Part shown: positions 56,171 to 64,000 of the stretch, piece by piece
How positions within the stretch are numbered: the stretch's first letter is position 1
How the letters are laid out: the number at the start of each line of letters is the position of its first letter
DNA from: an uncultured Actinomycetes bacterium
GTDB taxonomy: Bacteria > Actinomycetota > Thermoleophilia > Solirubrobacterales > 70-9
Assembly: GCA_963782795.1 (NCBI GenBank)
Contig: CAWALB010000006.1
Location: 34,808-98,807 of the forward strand
Direction of reading: 5' to 3'
Length of the DNA stretch: 64,000 bases
Program-made: the position numbers and the translations under genes
Notes under the pieces: model-generated
Told to the model about the DNA's origin: nothing
The model's input: the letters and a program-made list of their open reading frames with translations, nothing else
Databases searched by the model: none

Positions 56171-56337
56171 GGCGTGATGACAATCGTATGCCGAATCCGG
56201 CCGGCAGGGCGTAAGACTCTGGAAACCTCGAAGCTCGCGCGCGGTGGCAGGATCGCCCTCTTCGAGTGCCCTCAGTGGGGTAGGTTGGCCCAGCCGAGGG
56301 AGAGGCAGGAGTTAATGCGATCGACGAGTCCCCCGCA

Positions 56338-57794
56338 ATGACCACGGAAGGTGCGGAGCCACTCGGCGAGGCGCTCGACCGCGCCGACATGACGCCCCTT
56401 CACCGGCGCATCTGGCTGCTCGCGGCACTCGGGGTGATGCTCGACGGCTTCGACTTCTTCATCATCGGTGTCGCCAACCCGCTGATCGTTCATCAGTACG
56501 ACTTGAGCAACGCGATGAAGGGGCTTGTCTCCGCCGCCGCGATCATCGGCGCCATCTTCGGGGCGGCACTGCTCGGACCGCTGGCGGATCGCATCGGCCG
56601 GCGGCGGATCTTCAAGTACGACCTGCTGATGTTCGCCGCCTTCTCGGTGGCCTGCATCTTCGCCTGGAGCGTCTGGGCGCGCTGATCGCGTTCCGGTTCG
56701 CACTCGGCCTCGCGATCGGGCTCGACTATCCGGTCGCCGCGAGCTATCTGGCCGAGGTGCTGCCGACCAAGGCGCGCGGCCGCTGGCTCGTCGGGGCGTT
56801 CAGCCTGCAGGCGGCGGGGATCCTCCTCGGCGCGGTGGTAGGCGTGATCGTCCTGTTGATTCTGCCCGAGGTGAGCTCGTGGCGGATCATGCTCGGCTTC
56901 GGCGTCGTCCCGGCGCTCGTGATCATCTGGTTGCGCCGCAGCGTTCCCGAGAGCCCGCGGTGGCTGGCGCAGAACGACCGCGAGGAGGAGGCCACCGCAG
57001 TGACGCAGTCGCTCGTGGGGCACCCCGTCGTCGTCACCGACGCCGACCGGCGCAAGGGCCCCGTGGTGCCCGAGGGCTTCAAGGCGCTCTTCCAGCCCGC
57101 ATTGTTCAAGCGCGGAATGATCAGGCGGACCATCTTCACCTCGGTGCCGTGGTTCCTTATGGACATCGCCACCTACGGCGTCGGGATCTTCACCCCCACC
57201 CTGCTGGCGGCTCTCGCACTGGCGGGCCCGAACGCCACCTTCCTCTCCGACGACATCGCGTCGACCAAGGGCACGGCGGCGCTCGACATCTTCCTCGTCT
57301 TCGGATTCCTGGCGGCGATCTACCTCGTCGAGCGGTGGGGGCGGATCCCACTCCAGCTCACGGGCTTCGCGATGATGACGGTCGGCCTCTGCATACTCGG
57401 CTATGCCGACGCCCTGCCCGGCGGTGGGGACTCCCACCTGGGACTGGTGTTCCTCGGCTTCATCTTCTTCAACTTCTTCATGAACGCCGGGCCGAACGCG
57501 ACGACGTACGCGTTACCGGCGGAGGTGTTCCCATGCGAGCTCAAGGCCGCGGGCCACGGCTTCGCCGCGGGAATGGCCAAGTTCGGGGCCGCGCTCGGGG
57601 TGTTCCTCTTCCCGATCCTCCAGGGCGACATCGGCACGAGCGTTCTGCTGTTCATCGTCGCGGGCATCTGCCTGGTCGGGTTGACGATCACCTACGCGCT
57701 GCGGATTGAGCCCAAGGGCCGCTCGCTCGACGACGTGTCGGGTCGCCAGGCCCCGGTCCGACTGGACCCCGAGCCGCACCCCGTCCCGCCGTAG
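56338..57794 (+). pseudogene. MFS sugar-porter-like transporter interrupted by a frameshift
   Basis: ORF 56338..56685 ends ...FAWSVWAR*. The other frame continues from 56682 as LIAFRFALGLAIGLDYPVAASYLAEVLPTKARGR into ORF 56757..57794. Together they make a complete 12-TM-type MFS protein. Confidence 0.7.
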
Positions 57795-57868
57795 GCGGCG
57801 AGCCGGGCCGGCCGCCACCGCCGGCGGTTCGAGGCTGGGTAGGGCGGCAACCTCGGCCGAAATCGCCA

Positions 57869-57915
57869 GGTCAAGTGAATCTGCATCCGGAAAGCGGATG
57901 TGGATCAACTTGACC
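57869..57915. terminator. nested stem-loop in a convergent intergenic region
   Basis: GGTCAAGT...ACTTGACC is the outer 8-bp stem. It encloses CATCCG-GAAAG-CGGATG. The element lies between the MFS and P450 3' ends. Confidence 0.35.
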
Positions 57916-57975
57916 CGCGATCCCGGCCGATGACGCTGCCCTACTTGCCCTACGGCGTCTGCGTGACCGCGGCCG

Positions 57976-59364
57976 TCAGGAGACGGAAGCGCCCGCGGCG
58001 GCGGCTGGCTCGGCCGGCGCCGGCGCCGGCGCACGGACCGGATCGCGCTCCCGGAGCACCGTCGGCGCCCCGAGCTTCGGGCTCAGCGTGATGCTGCGCC
58101 GCCGGGTCAGCTCGGCTCCGTTCGGAGCGGGCTCGATCGAGTAGGCGGTGAGCGCGGCGCGCAGGACGATCTTCATCTCGAGCGTCGCGAAGCTCGCGCC
58201 AATGCAGCGGCGACGGCCGCCGCCGAACGGGATCCAGGTGAAGGTGCCCGGCTGGGTGTCGAGGAAGCGCTCCGGCTTGAAGGCGTAGGGATCGGGATAG
58301 ATGTCCGGGTCGTGATGCACGAGGTAGGCGTTCGCGATCAGGCAGGGCCCCGGCTGGTATTGCCAACCTCCGATCTCCACCGGCTTCACCACCAACCTCG
58401 GCTCCGCGTTCGGAAGCACCGGGCGGCGGCGCAGCGTCTCCTGGATCGTGGCGGTCAGGTACGCGTCGCCGTCGTCCGAGTCGATCTCGCTTACGAGGCG
58501 GTCGAGCACCGCCGGCTCGCGGGCCAGCCGCTCGAACACCCACGCCAGCTCGGACGCGGTCGTCTCGTGGCCGGCGACGAGCAGCGTCATCAGCTCGTCG
58601 CGAAGCTCGGTGTTGGTCATCGGCGAGCCGTCCTCGTGGCGGGCCGAAAGCAGCAGGGCCAGGATGTCGTCGCGCTCCTCGTCGGCGTCCCGGCGCTCGT
58701 CGATTAGCTCGTAGAGCAGCTGGTCGGCTCGGTCGCGCATCCGCGCGAAGCGGACCCACGGCCCGCGGCCAAAGTAGCCGCGCTGCAGCTGGGGGATGAT
58801 CGAGGCGGGCTTGGAGCTGAAGTCGAGGATCGCCGTGAGCAGCTCGCGGAGCTCGTTCAGGCGGCGGCCGGGGTCAAGGCCGAAGACGGCCCTCAGGATG
58901 ATCTCCATCGTCAGCCCCTGGAAGAGCGGATGAAGCTGGGCGGTCCGGTCCCGGGGCCAGCCGGCGATCTCGCGCTCGGCGACCTCCGCCATCAGGCCGG
59001 ACAAGCGCTGCATCTTCTCGCCGTGAAAGGCCGGGGTCATCAGCTTCCGCTGCTCCAGATGCTCCCCTTCATCGAGGAGGATGAGCGACTTCTTGCCGAC
59101 GACGGGCTCGAGGATGCCGGCGCCCTCGCCGGGGTGCAGCACATCGGGCGGCGCCGCGAACAGCTCCTTCAGCTGATCCGGCTCGGTGAGGATCACGAAT
59201 GGCGGGGCCGCCAGCAGGCGGATCGTGAACCGCTTCCCGTAGCGGGCTCGCGCGCGCTCCATGAACGCGACCGGCCGCGCCCACCAGCCCATCGTCTGCA
59301 GCGCGACGGGGTATCGCGGGCCGGGGGAAGCTGGGAACGCTGCGTCATCTCCTCCTGCGGGCAC
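57976..59364 (-). CDS. cytochrome P450
   Basis: Heme-binding loop FGGGRRRCIGASFA, I-helix LLVAGHETTA, ETLRRRP (ExxR). Confidence 0.9.
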   Translation of the reverse strand: MPAGGDDAAFPASPGPRYPVALQTMGWWARPVAFMERARARYGKRFTIRLLAAPPFVILTEPDQLKELFAAPPDVLHPGEGAGILEPVVGKKSLILLDEGEHLEQRKLMTPAFHGEKMQRLSGLMAEVAEREIAGWPRDRTAQLHPLFQGLTMEIILRAVFGLDPGRRLNELRELLTAILDFSSKPASIIPQLQRGYFGRGPWVRFARMRDRADQLLYELIDERRDADEERDDILALLLSARHEDGSPMTNTELRDELMTLLVAGHETTASELAWVFERLAREPAVLDRLVSEIDSDDGDAYLTATIQETLRRRPVLPNAEPRLVVKPVEIGGWQYQPGPCLIANAYLVHHDPDIYPDPYAFKPERFLDTQPGTFTWIPFGGGRRRCIGASFATLEMKIVLRAALTAYSIEPAPNGAELTRRRSITLSPKLGAPTVLRERDPVRAPAPAPAEPAAAAGASVS

Positions 59365-59421
59365 GGTACTGATGGCACCGCGCCCCCAGATGTGACATCG
59401 CGCACACAGGCAACGGCGCCA

Positions 59422-61071
59422 TCAGATCCGCGTCGTCTCGGTGCCGAGCTCGGTCGCGATCGCGACGTCGACCGCGGAGTAGTCGATCGGCAGCGCGATC
59501 AGAGACGGGACGTCGAGGTCGAGCGCCTCCCGCAGCCGCGCCCGGTAGTCGTCGATCGACTCGCAGCGCCAGGCCGGCATGCCGAACGACTGGGCGAGTT
59601 GGACGAAGTCGGGGTTCTGGAAGTCCGTCCCGAAGTGGCGGCCGAAGCGCTTCTCCTGCTTCCAGACGATCGACCCGTACTGGCGGTTCTCCCAGACGAC
59701 GTTCACGAATGCGGTCTTCAGGCGCGTCGCGGTCTCGAGCTCCTGGCAGTTCATGAGGAACCCGCCGTCGCCTGACACCGCCACCACCTTGCGGCTCGGG
59801 TGCACCAGCTTGGCGGCGATCGCCGCCGGCACCGCGAACCCCATCCCGGCCAGTCCGTTGGCGATCAGCACCGTGTTGGGCTCGAAGCTCGGGAAGGCGC
59901 GACCGATCCAGAGCTTGTGCAGCCCGACGTCCGACACCAGGATGTCCTCGCGGCCGATCGCCTCCCGGATCTCGAGCAGCGCGCGTGGCGGCAGCGCGGG
60001 AAAGGAGTCGGCGGTCGATGCCGCGTCGAGGATGCCCGCGACCGCGTGACGCAGCCGCGGGGACCCGCCCGGGGATGGCATGTCCCGGCACTCCTGCGCG
60101 AGGCGCAGGAGGATCGCGTAGACGTCGCCGACCAGCTCGACCTCGGGCATGAAGTTCTCGTCGATCTCCGCGGGGAGCGAGTCGATGCAGACCACGCGCT
60201 TGTCGCTGTTCGGGTTCCACAGCGCGGGCGAGTGCTCTACCAGGTCGTAGCCCACGGTGATCACCACGTCCGCGTCGTCGAAGCCCGCCATCGAGAAGTC
60301 CCCGGCCTGAAGGCCCACGGCACCAAGAGCCAGGTCCGAGTCGGACTCGATCAGGCCCTTCCCCATGAACGTCACCGCGACCGGGATCCCCGTGGCGCGG
60401 GCGAACTCGCGCAGAGCCGGGGCTGCGCCGGCGCGGACGACGCCGTTGCCGGCGAGGCAAACGGCGTTCTCGGCGCCGTTGATCATCCCGGCGGCCTCCA
60501 TCAGGACCCGGGCGGGGGGCTCGGACGGCGGGACCGGGTGTCGCGGGAGGGGACGCGCGTCGTCGGGGACCTCGGACGCCATCACGTCCTCCGGGAGCTC
60601 GATGTGGGTCGAGCCCGGCTTCTCCGACTCGGCGACCTTGAACGCCTTGCGGACGACCTCGGCGACGATCTCGGGATCCGAGAGCCGTGCGTTCCACTTG
60701 GTGATCGGGCGCATCATCTCGGCGACGTCGATGTGCTGGTGGGACTCCTTGTGCTGGCGCTCGAGATCCGCCTGTCCGGTGAGCGCCACCAGCGGCGCGC
60801 GGTCGAGGAACGCGTCGGCGACGGCGGTGACCAGGTTGGTGGCCCCCGGCCCGAGCGTCCCGAGGCAGACGCCCGCCCTACCCGTCAGGCGGCCGTAGAC
60901 GTCCGCGATGTAGGCGCCCCCCTGCTCGTGGCGAACCGGAACGAACTCGATCGCCGAGTCCGCCAGCGCCTCGTTCAGGTCAAGGGTCTCCTCGCCGGGG
61001 ATGCCGAAGACGTGCTCGACGCCCTCGGCCTCGAGGCACTCGACGAGCAGGTTCGCGGCAGTCCTGGGCAA
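59422..61071 (-). CDS. thiamine-pyrophosphate enzyme, acetolactate synthase large-subunit-like
   Basis: MPRTAANLLVECLEAEGVEHVFGIPGEETLDL N-terminus and the GDGGFLMN TPP-binding motif. Confidence 0.85.
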   Translation of the reverse strand: MPRTAANLLVECLEAEGVEHVFGIPGEETLDLNEALADSAIEFVPVRHEQGGAYIADVYGRLTGRAGVCLGTLGPGATNLVTAVADAFLDRAPLVALTGQADLERQHKESHQHIDVAEMMRPITKWNARLSDPEIVAEVVRKAFKVAESEKPGSTHIELPEDVMASEVPDDARPLPRHPVPPSEPPARVLMEAAGMINGAENAVCLAGNGVVRAGAAPALREFARATGIPVAVTFMGKGLIESDSDLALGAVGLQAGDFSMAGFDDADVVITVGYDLVEHSPALWNPNSDKRVVCIDSLPAEIDENFMPEVELVGDVYAILLRLAQECRDMPSPGGSPRLRHAVAGILDAASTADSFPALPPRALLEIREAIGREDILVSDVGLHKLWIGRAFPSFEPNTVLIANGLAGMGFAVPAAIAAKLVHPSRKVVAVSGDGGFLMNCQELETATRLKTAFVNVVWENRQYGSIVWKQEKRFGRHFGTDFQNPDFVQLAQSFGMPAWRCESIDDYRARLREALDLDVPSLIALPIDYSAVDVAIATELGTETTRI

Positions 61072-61164
61072 TGGTCCGCAGTGAGGAGCTTCAGCTCCGA
61101 AACTGGCTGGTGCGGTTCATTGGTTCCAAGCCTAGGGACTTGCGGCCCCTGCCACACTAGGCAT

Positions 61165-61437
61165 ATGGCGACCTGCACTCACCTCGATCAGATCCAGGTG
61201 GAGGTGCCCGAGGAGTTCGCCGGCTGCGAGGATTGCCTGCGCATCGGCGGCCACTGGGTTCACCTCCGCGTCTGCCGCACGTGTGGCCATGTGGGCTGCT
61301 GCGACTCGTCCCCCAACCAGCACGCGTCGAAGCACGCTGCTGAGGAGGACCACCCCATCGTCACCTCGCTCGAGCCGGGCGAGGACTGGTCCTGGTGCTA
61401 CGTGGACGAAGTCGCTTTCGTCGTCGAGCAGGGCTAG
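61165..61437 (+). CDS. UBP-type zinc-finger protein
   Basis: 90 aa, CTH...CEDC...LRVCRTCGHVGCCDSSPNQHASKH pattern. Confidence 0.8.
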   Translation: MATCTHLDQIQVEVPEEFAGCEDCLRIGGHWVHLRVCRTCGHVGCCDSSPNQHASKHAAEEDHPIVTSLEPGEDWSWCYVDEVAFVVEQG

Positions 61438-61934
61438 CAGCCCGAGCCGCCGAAACCGCCGCGCTCGCAGGTGTGCGCGGTCAGCCGCACCAGCAGATCG
61501 TGGAACTCGCGCCTCTCTGCAGCGCTGAGCGGCGCGAGCACGTCGGCCTCCGCGCGCTGGGTCGCCTCGCGGGCCAGGGTCACGGCGCGAAGCCCGCGGG
61601 CGGTCAGCTGCACCCGGTGCCGGCGCCGGTCCCTGGGGTCGGGTGCCCGGGTCAGCAGCCGCCGGCGCTCGAGCTCGTCGAGCAGGCCCACGATGTTGGA
61701 GGGCTGGATGCGAAGCGCCAGCGCCAGGTCCCGCTGGGACGCGGGGCCCTGTGCCTCGAGGTGATGAAGGACCGCGAACTCCGTCCACCGCAGGCCGCTG
61801 TCGGCGAGGCTGCGACTCAGGCGCCAGGCCGAGGCCCGAGCGAGCCGGAGGAGCAGTAGGCCGCAGCCCGAGCCCAGGGTCGCGTCCCCGATGTCGGGCG
61901 CTGACGGGGCGGATGTGGGCGAGACCGGATTCAC
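61434..61934 (-). CDS. MarR family transcriptional regulator
   Basis: FAVLHHLEAQGPASQRDLALALRIQPSNIVGLLDELERRRLLTRAPDPRDRRRHRVQLT. Confidence 0.8.
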   Translation of the reverse strand: MNPVSPTSAPSAPDIGDATLGSGCGLLLLRLARASAWRLSRSLADSGLRWTEFAVLHHLEAQGPASQRDLALALRIQPSNIVGLLDELERRRLLTRAPDPRDRRRHRVQLTARGLRAVTLAREATQRAEADVLAPLSAAERREFHDLLVRLTAHTCERGGFGGSGC

Positions 61935-61943
61935 GTCACAGAT

Positions 61944-61953
61944 AGTTATAACT
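61944..61953. promoter_or_regulatory. perfect 10-bp palindrome in the AT-rich MarR/lon divergent region (candidate operator)
   Basis: AGTTATAACT. TTATAA-N18-TATACT promoter-like hexamers overlap it. Confidence 0.3.
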
Positions 61954-62008
61954 CATAATCGTTGCTGGCTATACTCGTTCCTTGAGCTTAGAGAACAGGA
62001 GCCCAACA

Positions 62009-64000
62009 ATGGAAAACCTTCCCCTGATCCCAATCGAGGACTCTGTCGTCTTCCCCGGGATGACCGTCACGCTGGCGCTCGACGTCGGCGATGCGGAGCG
62101 CGTGTTCCTTGTCCCGCGTCACGGCGAGGACTTCGGCTCCGTCGGCACCGTCGCCCAGGTCGCCGACCGCATGAAGATCCCGGGCGGCATCGAGGCAATC
62201 GCCTTCGAGGGGCTCTACCGCGGCGTCGCCGGGGCTGCCGCCACGGGGACGGGCGGGCGACTTCGCGTCGACGTGACCGAGCACCACGACGACTCCCCCA
62301 CCGATGAGCGCACCCGCGAGCTCGAGCGGGAGTACCGCGCCGTGGTCGACGAGATCCTGGAGGTCAGGGAGGCCGATCCGCGGATCCAGGCCTTCCTGCG
62401 CTCGATCGCCGAGCCAGGACAGCTCGCCGACACCGCCGGCTACTCGCCCGATTTGAACTTCGATCAGAAGCGCGAGCTGCTGGAGACGCTGGACGTCACG
62501 GGCCGGCTCGAGAAGGCCGTAGCCGCCCAGCGCGAGCGGCTCGCCGAGCTTCAGGTCCGCAAGCGCATTCGCGACGACGTGGAGTCAGGCGCTCAGGAGC
62601 AGCAGCGGGAGTACTTCCTGCGCAAGCAGATGGAGTCGATCCGCAAGGAGCTCGGCGAAGACGAGACATCGGTGGTCGACGACTTCCGCAAGAAGATCGA
62701 CGACGCCGGCATGCCCGACGCGGTACGTGAGCAGGCCGAGCGCGAGCTTGACCGCTTCGAGCGAATGGGTGAGGGCGGCGGCGAGGGCTCCATGATCCGC
62801 ACCTACCTCGACTGGCTCCTATCAGTGCCCTGGGGCGAGCGCTCCGAGGAGCGCCTGGACCCCGCGCACGCACGTGAGGTCCTGGACGCGGACCACGCCG
62901 GCCTCGAGGACGTCAAGGACCGGATCACCGAATACATCGCCGTCCGGAAGCTCCGGCGCGACCGCGAGATCTCCGACGAGCGGGGATCGGGCGCGATCCT
63001 GACCCTGATCGGGCCGCCCGGCACCGGCAAGACCTCGATCGGCGAGTCGATCGCCCGTGCGACCGGGCGCGAGTTCGTCCGCATGTCGCTCGGCGGCGTT
63101 CGCGACGAGGCTGAGATCCGCGGCCACCGCCGCACCTATATCGGCGCCCTGCCGGGCCGCCTGGTCCGCGCGCTTCGCGACGCCGGGACGATGAACCCGG
63201 TGATCATGCTGGACGAGGTCGACAAGGTCGGCGCCGACTGGCGCGGCGACCCGTCGGCCGCGCTGCTCGAGGTCCTCGACCCCGCGCAGAACCACAGCTT
63301 CCGCGACCACTACCTGGACGTCGAGCTCGACCTGTCCGGGGTGTTGTTCATCGCCACGGCGAACATCGCCGAGACGATCCCGGCCCCCCTGCTCGACCGC
63401 ATGGAGGTCGTGAGGTTCGACGGTTACACGACCGACGAGAAGGTCGCCATCGCCAGGGGCTACCTGTGGCCGCGGCAGCGCGAGCGCAACGGGCTGCGTC
63501 CCGATGAGGTCGAGATGGACGTCGAGGCGATCCGCACCGTGATCACCGAGTACACCCGCGAGGCGGGCGTCCGGAACCTCGAGCGCGAGCTCGGCAAGGC
63601 ACTGCGGAAGATCGCGACCCGGATCGCGTCCGGGGAGGCGACCGCACCCGTTCAGGTCGACGTCCCCGCGATCCGCGACGCGCTCGGAAGGCAACGGTTC
63701 TTCCAGGAGGCCGCCGAGCGAACGGCCGTGCCGGGAGTCGCCACGGGTCTCTCCGTCACCAACGCCGGTGGCGACGTCCTCTTCATCGAGGCGACCGCCA
63801 TGCCCGGCAAGGACGACCTGGTCCTGACCGGCCAGCTCGGCGACGTCATGAAGGAGTCGGCGCGGATCGCGCTGTCCTTCGTGCGCAGCCGCGCCGAGGA
63901 GTTGGGCATCGACGAGGGCGCGTTTGCCGACCGCCAGTTCCACGTACACGTCCCCGCCGGGGCGATCCCGAAGGACGGCCCCAGCGCCGGGATCACCATG
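62009..64000 (+). CDS. lon: ATP-dependent Lon protease (3' end beyond the window)
   Basis: Hand-translated from ATG 62009 (not in the ORF track, no stop in the window). LON N-domain (PLIPIEDSVVFPGM), Walker A GPPGTGKTS, Walker B VIMLDEVDK, catalytic Ser context PKDGPSAGITM at the window edge. Confidence 0.9.
   Translation, partial: MENLPLIPIEDSVVFPGMTVTLALDVGDAERVFLVPRHGEDFGSVGTVAQVADRMKIPGGIEAIAFEGLYRGVAGAAATGTGGRLRVDVTEHHDDSPTDERTRELEREYRAVVDEILEVREADPRIQAFLRSIAEPGQLADTAGYSPDLNFDQKRELLETLDVTGRLEKAVAAQRERLAELQVRKRIRDDVESGAQEQQREYFLRKQMESIRKELGEDETSVVDDFRKKIDDAGMPDAVREQAERELDRFERMGEGGGEGSMIRTYLDWLLSVPWGERSEERLDPAHAREVLDADHAGLEDVKDRITEYIAVRKLRRDREISDERGSGAILTLIGPPGTGKTSIGESIARATGREFVRMSLGGVRDEAEIRGHRRTYIGALPGRLVRALRDAGTMNPVIMLDEVDKVGADWRGDPSAALLEVLDPAQNHSFRDHYLDVELDLSGVLFIATANIAETIPAPLLDRMEVVRFDGYTTDEKVAIARGYLWPRQRERNGLRPDEVEMDVEAIRTVITEYTREAGVRNLERELGKALRKIATRIASGEATAPVQVDVPAIRDALGRQRFFQEAAERTAVPGVATGLSVTNAGGDVLFIEATAMPGKDDLVLTGQLGDVMKESARIALSFVRSRAEELGIDEGAFADRQFHVHVPAGAIPKDGPSAGITM

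Noticed and set aside
61935-62008. HAIR (CTTGAGT-N7-ACTCAAG) or CIRCE heat-shock operators upstream of lon.
   Set aside because: Only half-site-like fragments are present (ACTCG...CTTGAGC) and no complete inverted repeat. The AGTTATAACT palindrome is reported instead as a low-confidence operator.

Overview
Very GC-rich, actinobacterial-type chromosomal window; third codon positions are almost all G/C, so every real gene casts long antisense shadow ORFs. I support about 60 protein genes, 2 tRNA-Ser genes and 2 riboswitches. I saw no rRNA, CRISPR array, transposase or integrase. Left to right: an HExxH protease-like gene; two tandem peptide-type (Opp/Dpp-like) ABC importers at 1.5-7.7 kb and 8.1-14.2 kb, each binding-protein gene followed by a strong GC hairpin; a secreted hypothetical protein; a Tat-signal phosphoesterase; a MarR/MFS efflux pair; a minus-strand string of NlpC/P60-like, LolA-like, ABC-2 exporter and BNR/Ycf48-like propeller genes headed by a c-di-AMP (ydaO-class) riboswitch; DegV, MarR, two tRNA-Ser, YtoQ, TrpB2, an HATPase-GNAT fusion and CrcB; a glycoside hydrolase; a second c-di-AMP riboswitch that precedes only a 48-aa membrane peptide; pncB, tadA, an S8 peptidase, a USP and a phosphotriesterase-like gene; an anomalous head-to-head ORF pair; an RsbW-like kinase with a PAS-GAF-PP2C phosphatase; an RTX-like protein with a second phosphoesterase; a cyclophilin; a DUF445 plus Abi-alpha-like pair; a GT2/methyltransferase/two GT-C membrane protein cluster; a frameshifted MFS gene; a P450 with a TPP enzyme; zf-UBP; MarR; and the 5' two-thirds of lon. 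The best leads are the two homologous c-di-AMP riboswitches with identical SD-proximal platforms (one on an orphan micro-protein, one possibly heading a ~6.5 kb envelope gene string) and two CTGA stop/start overlaps that imply CTG initiation. The window also holds several interrupted or truncated genes: an in-frame TGA, a split LolA-like gene, an MFS frameshift and a head-to-head pair with no N-termini. All family calls rest on motif recognition by eye; no searches were run.
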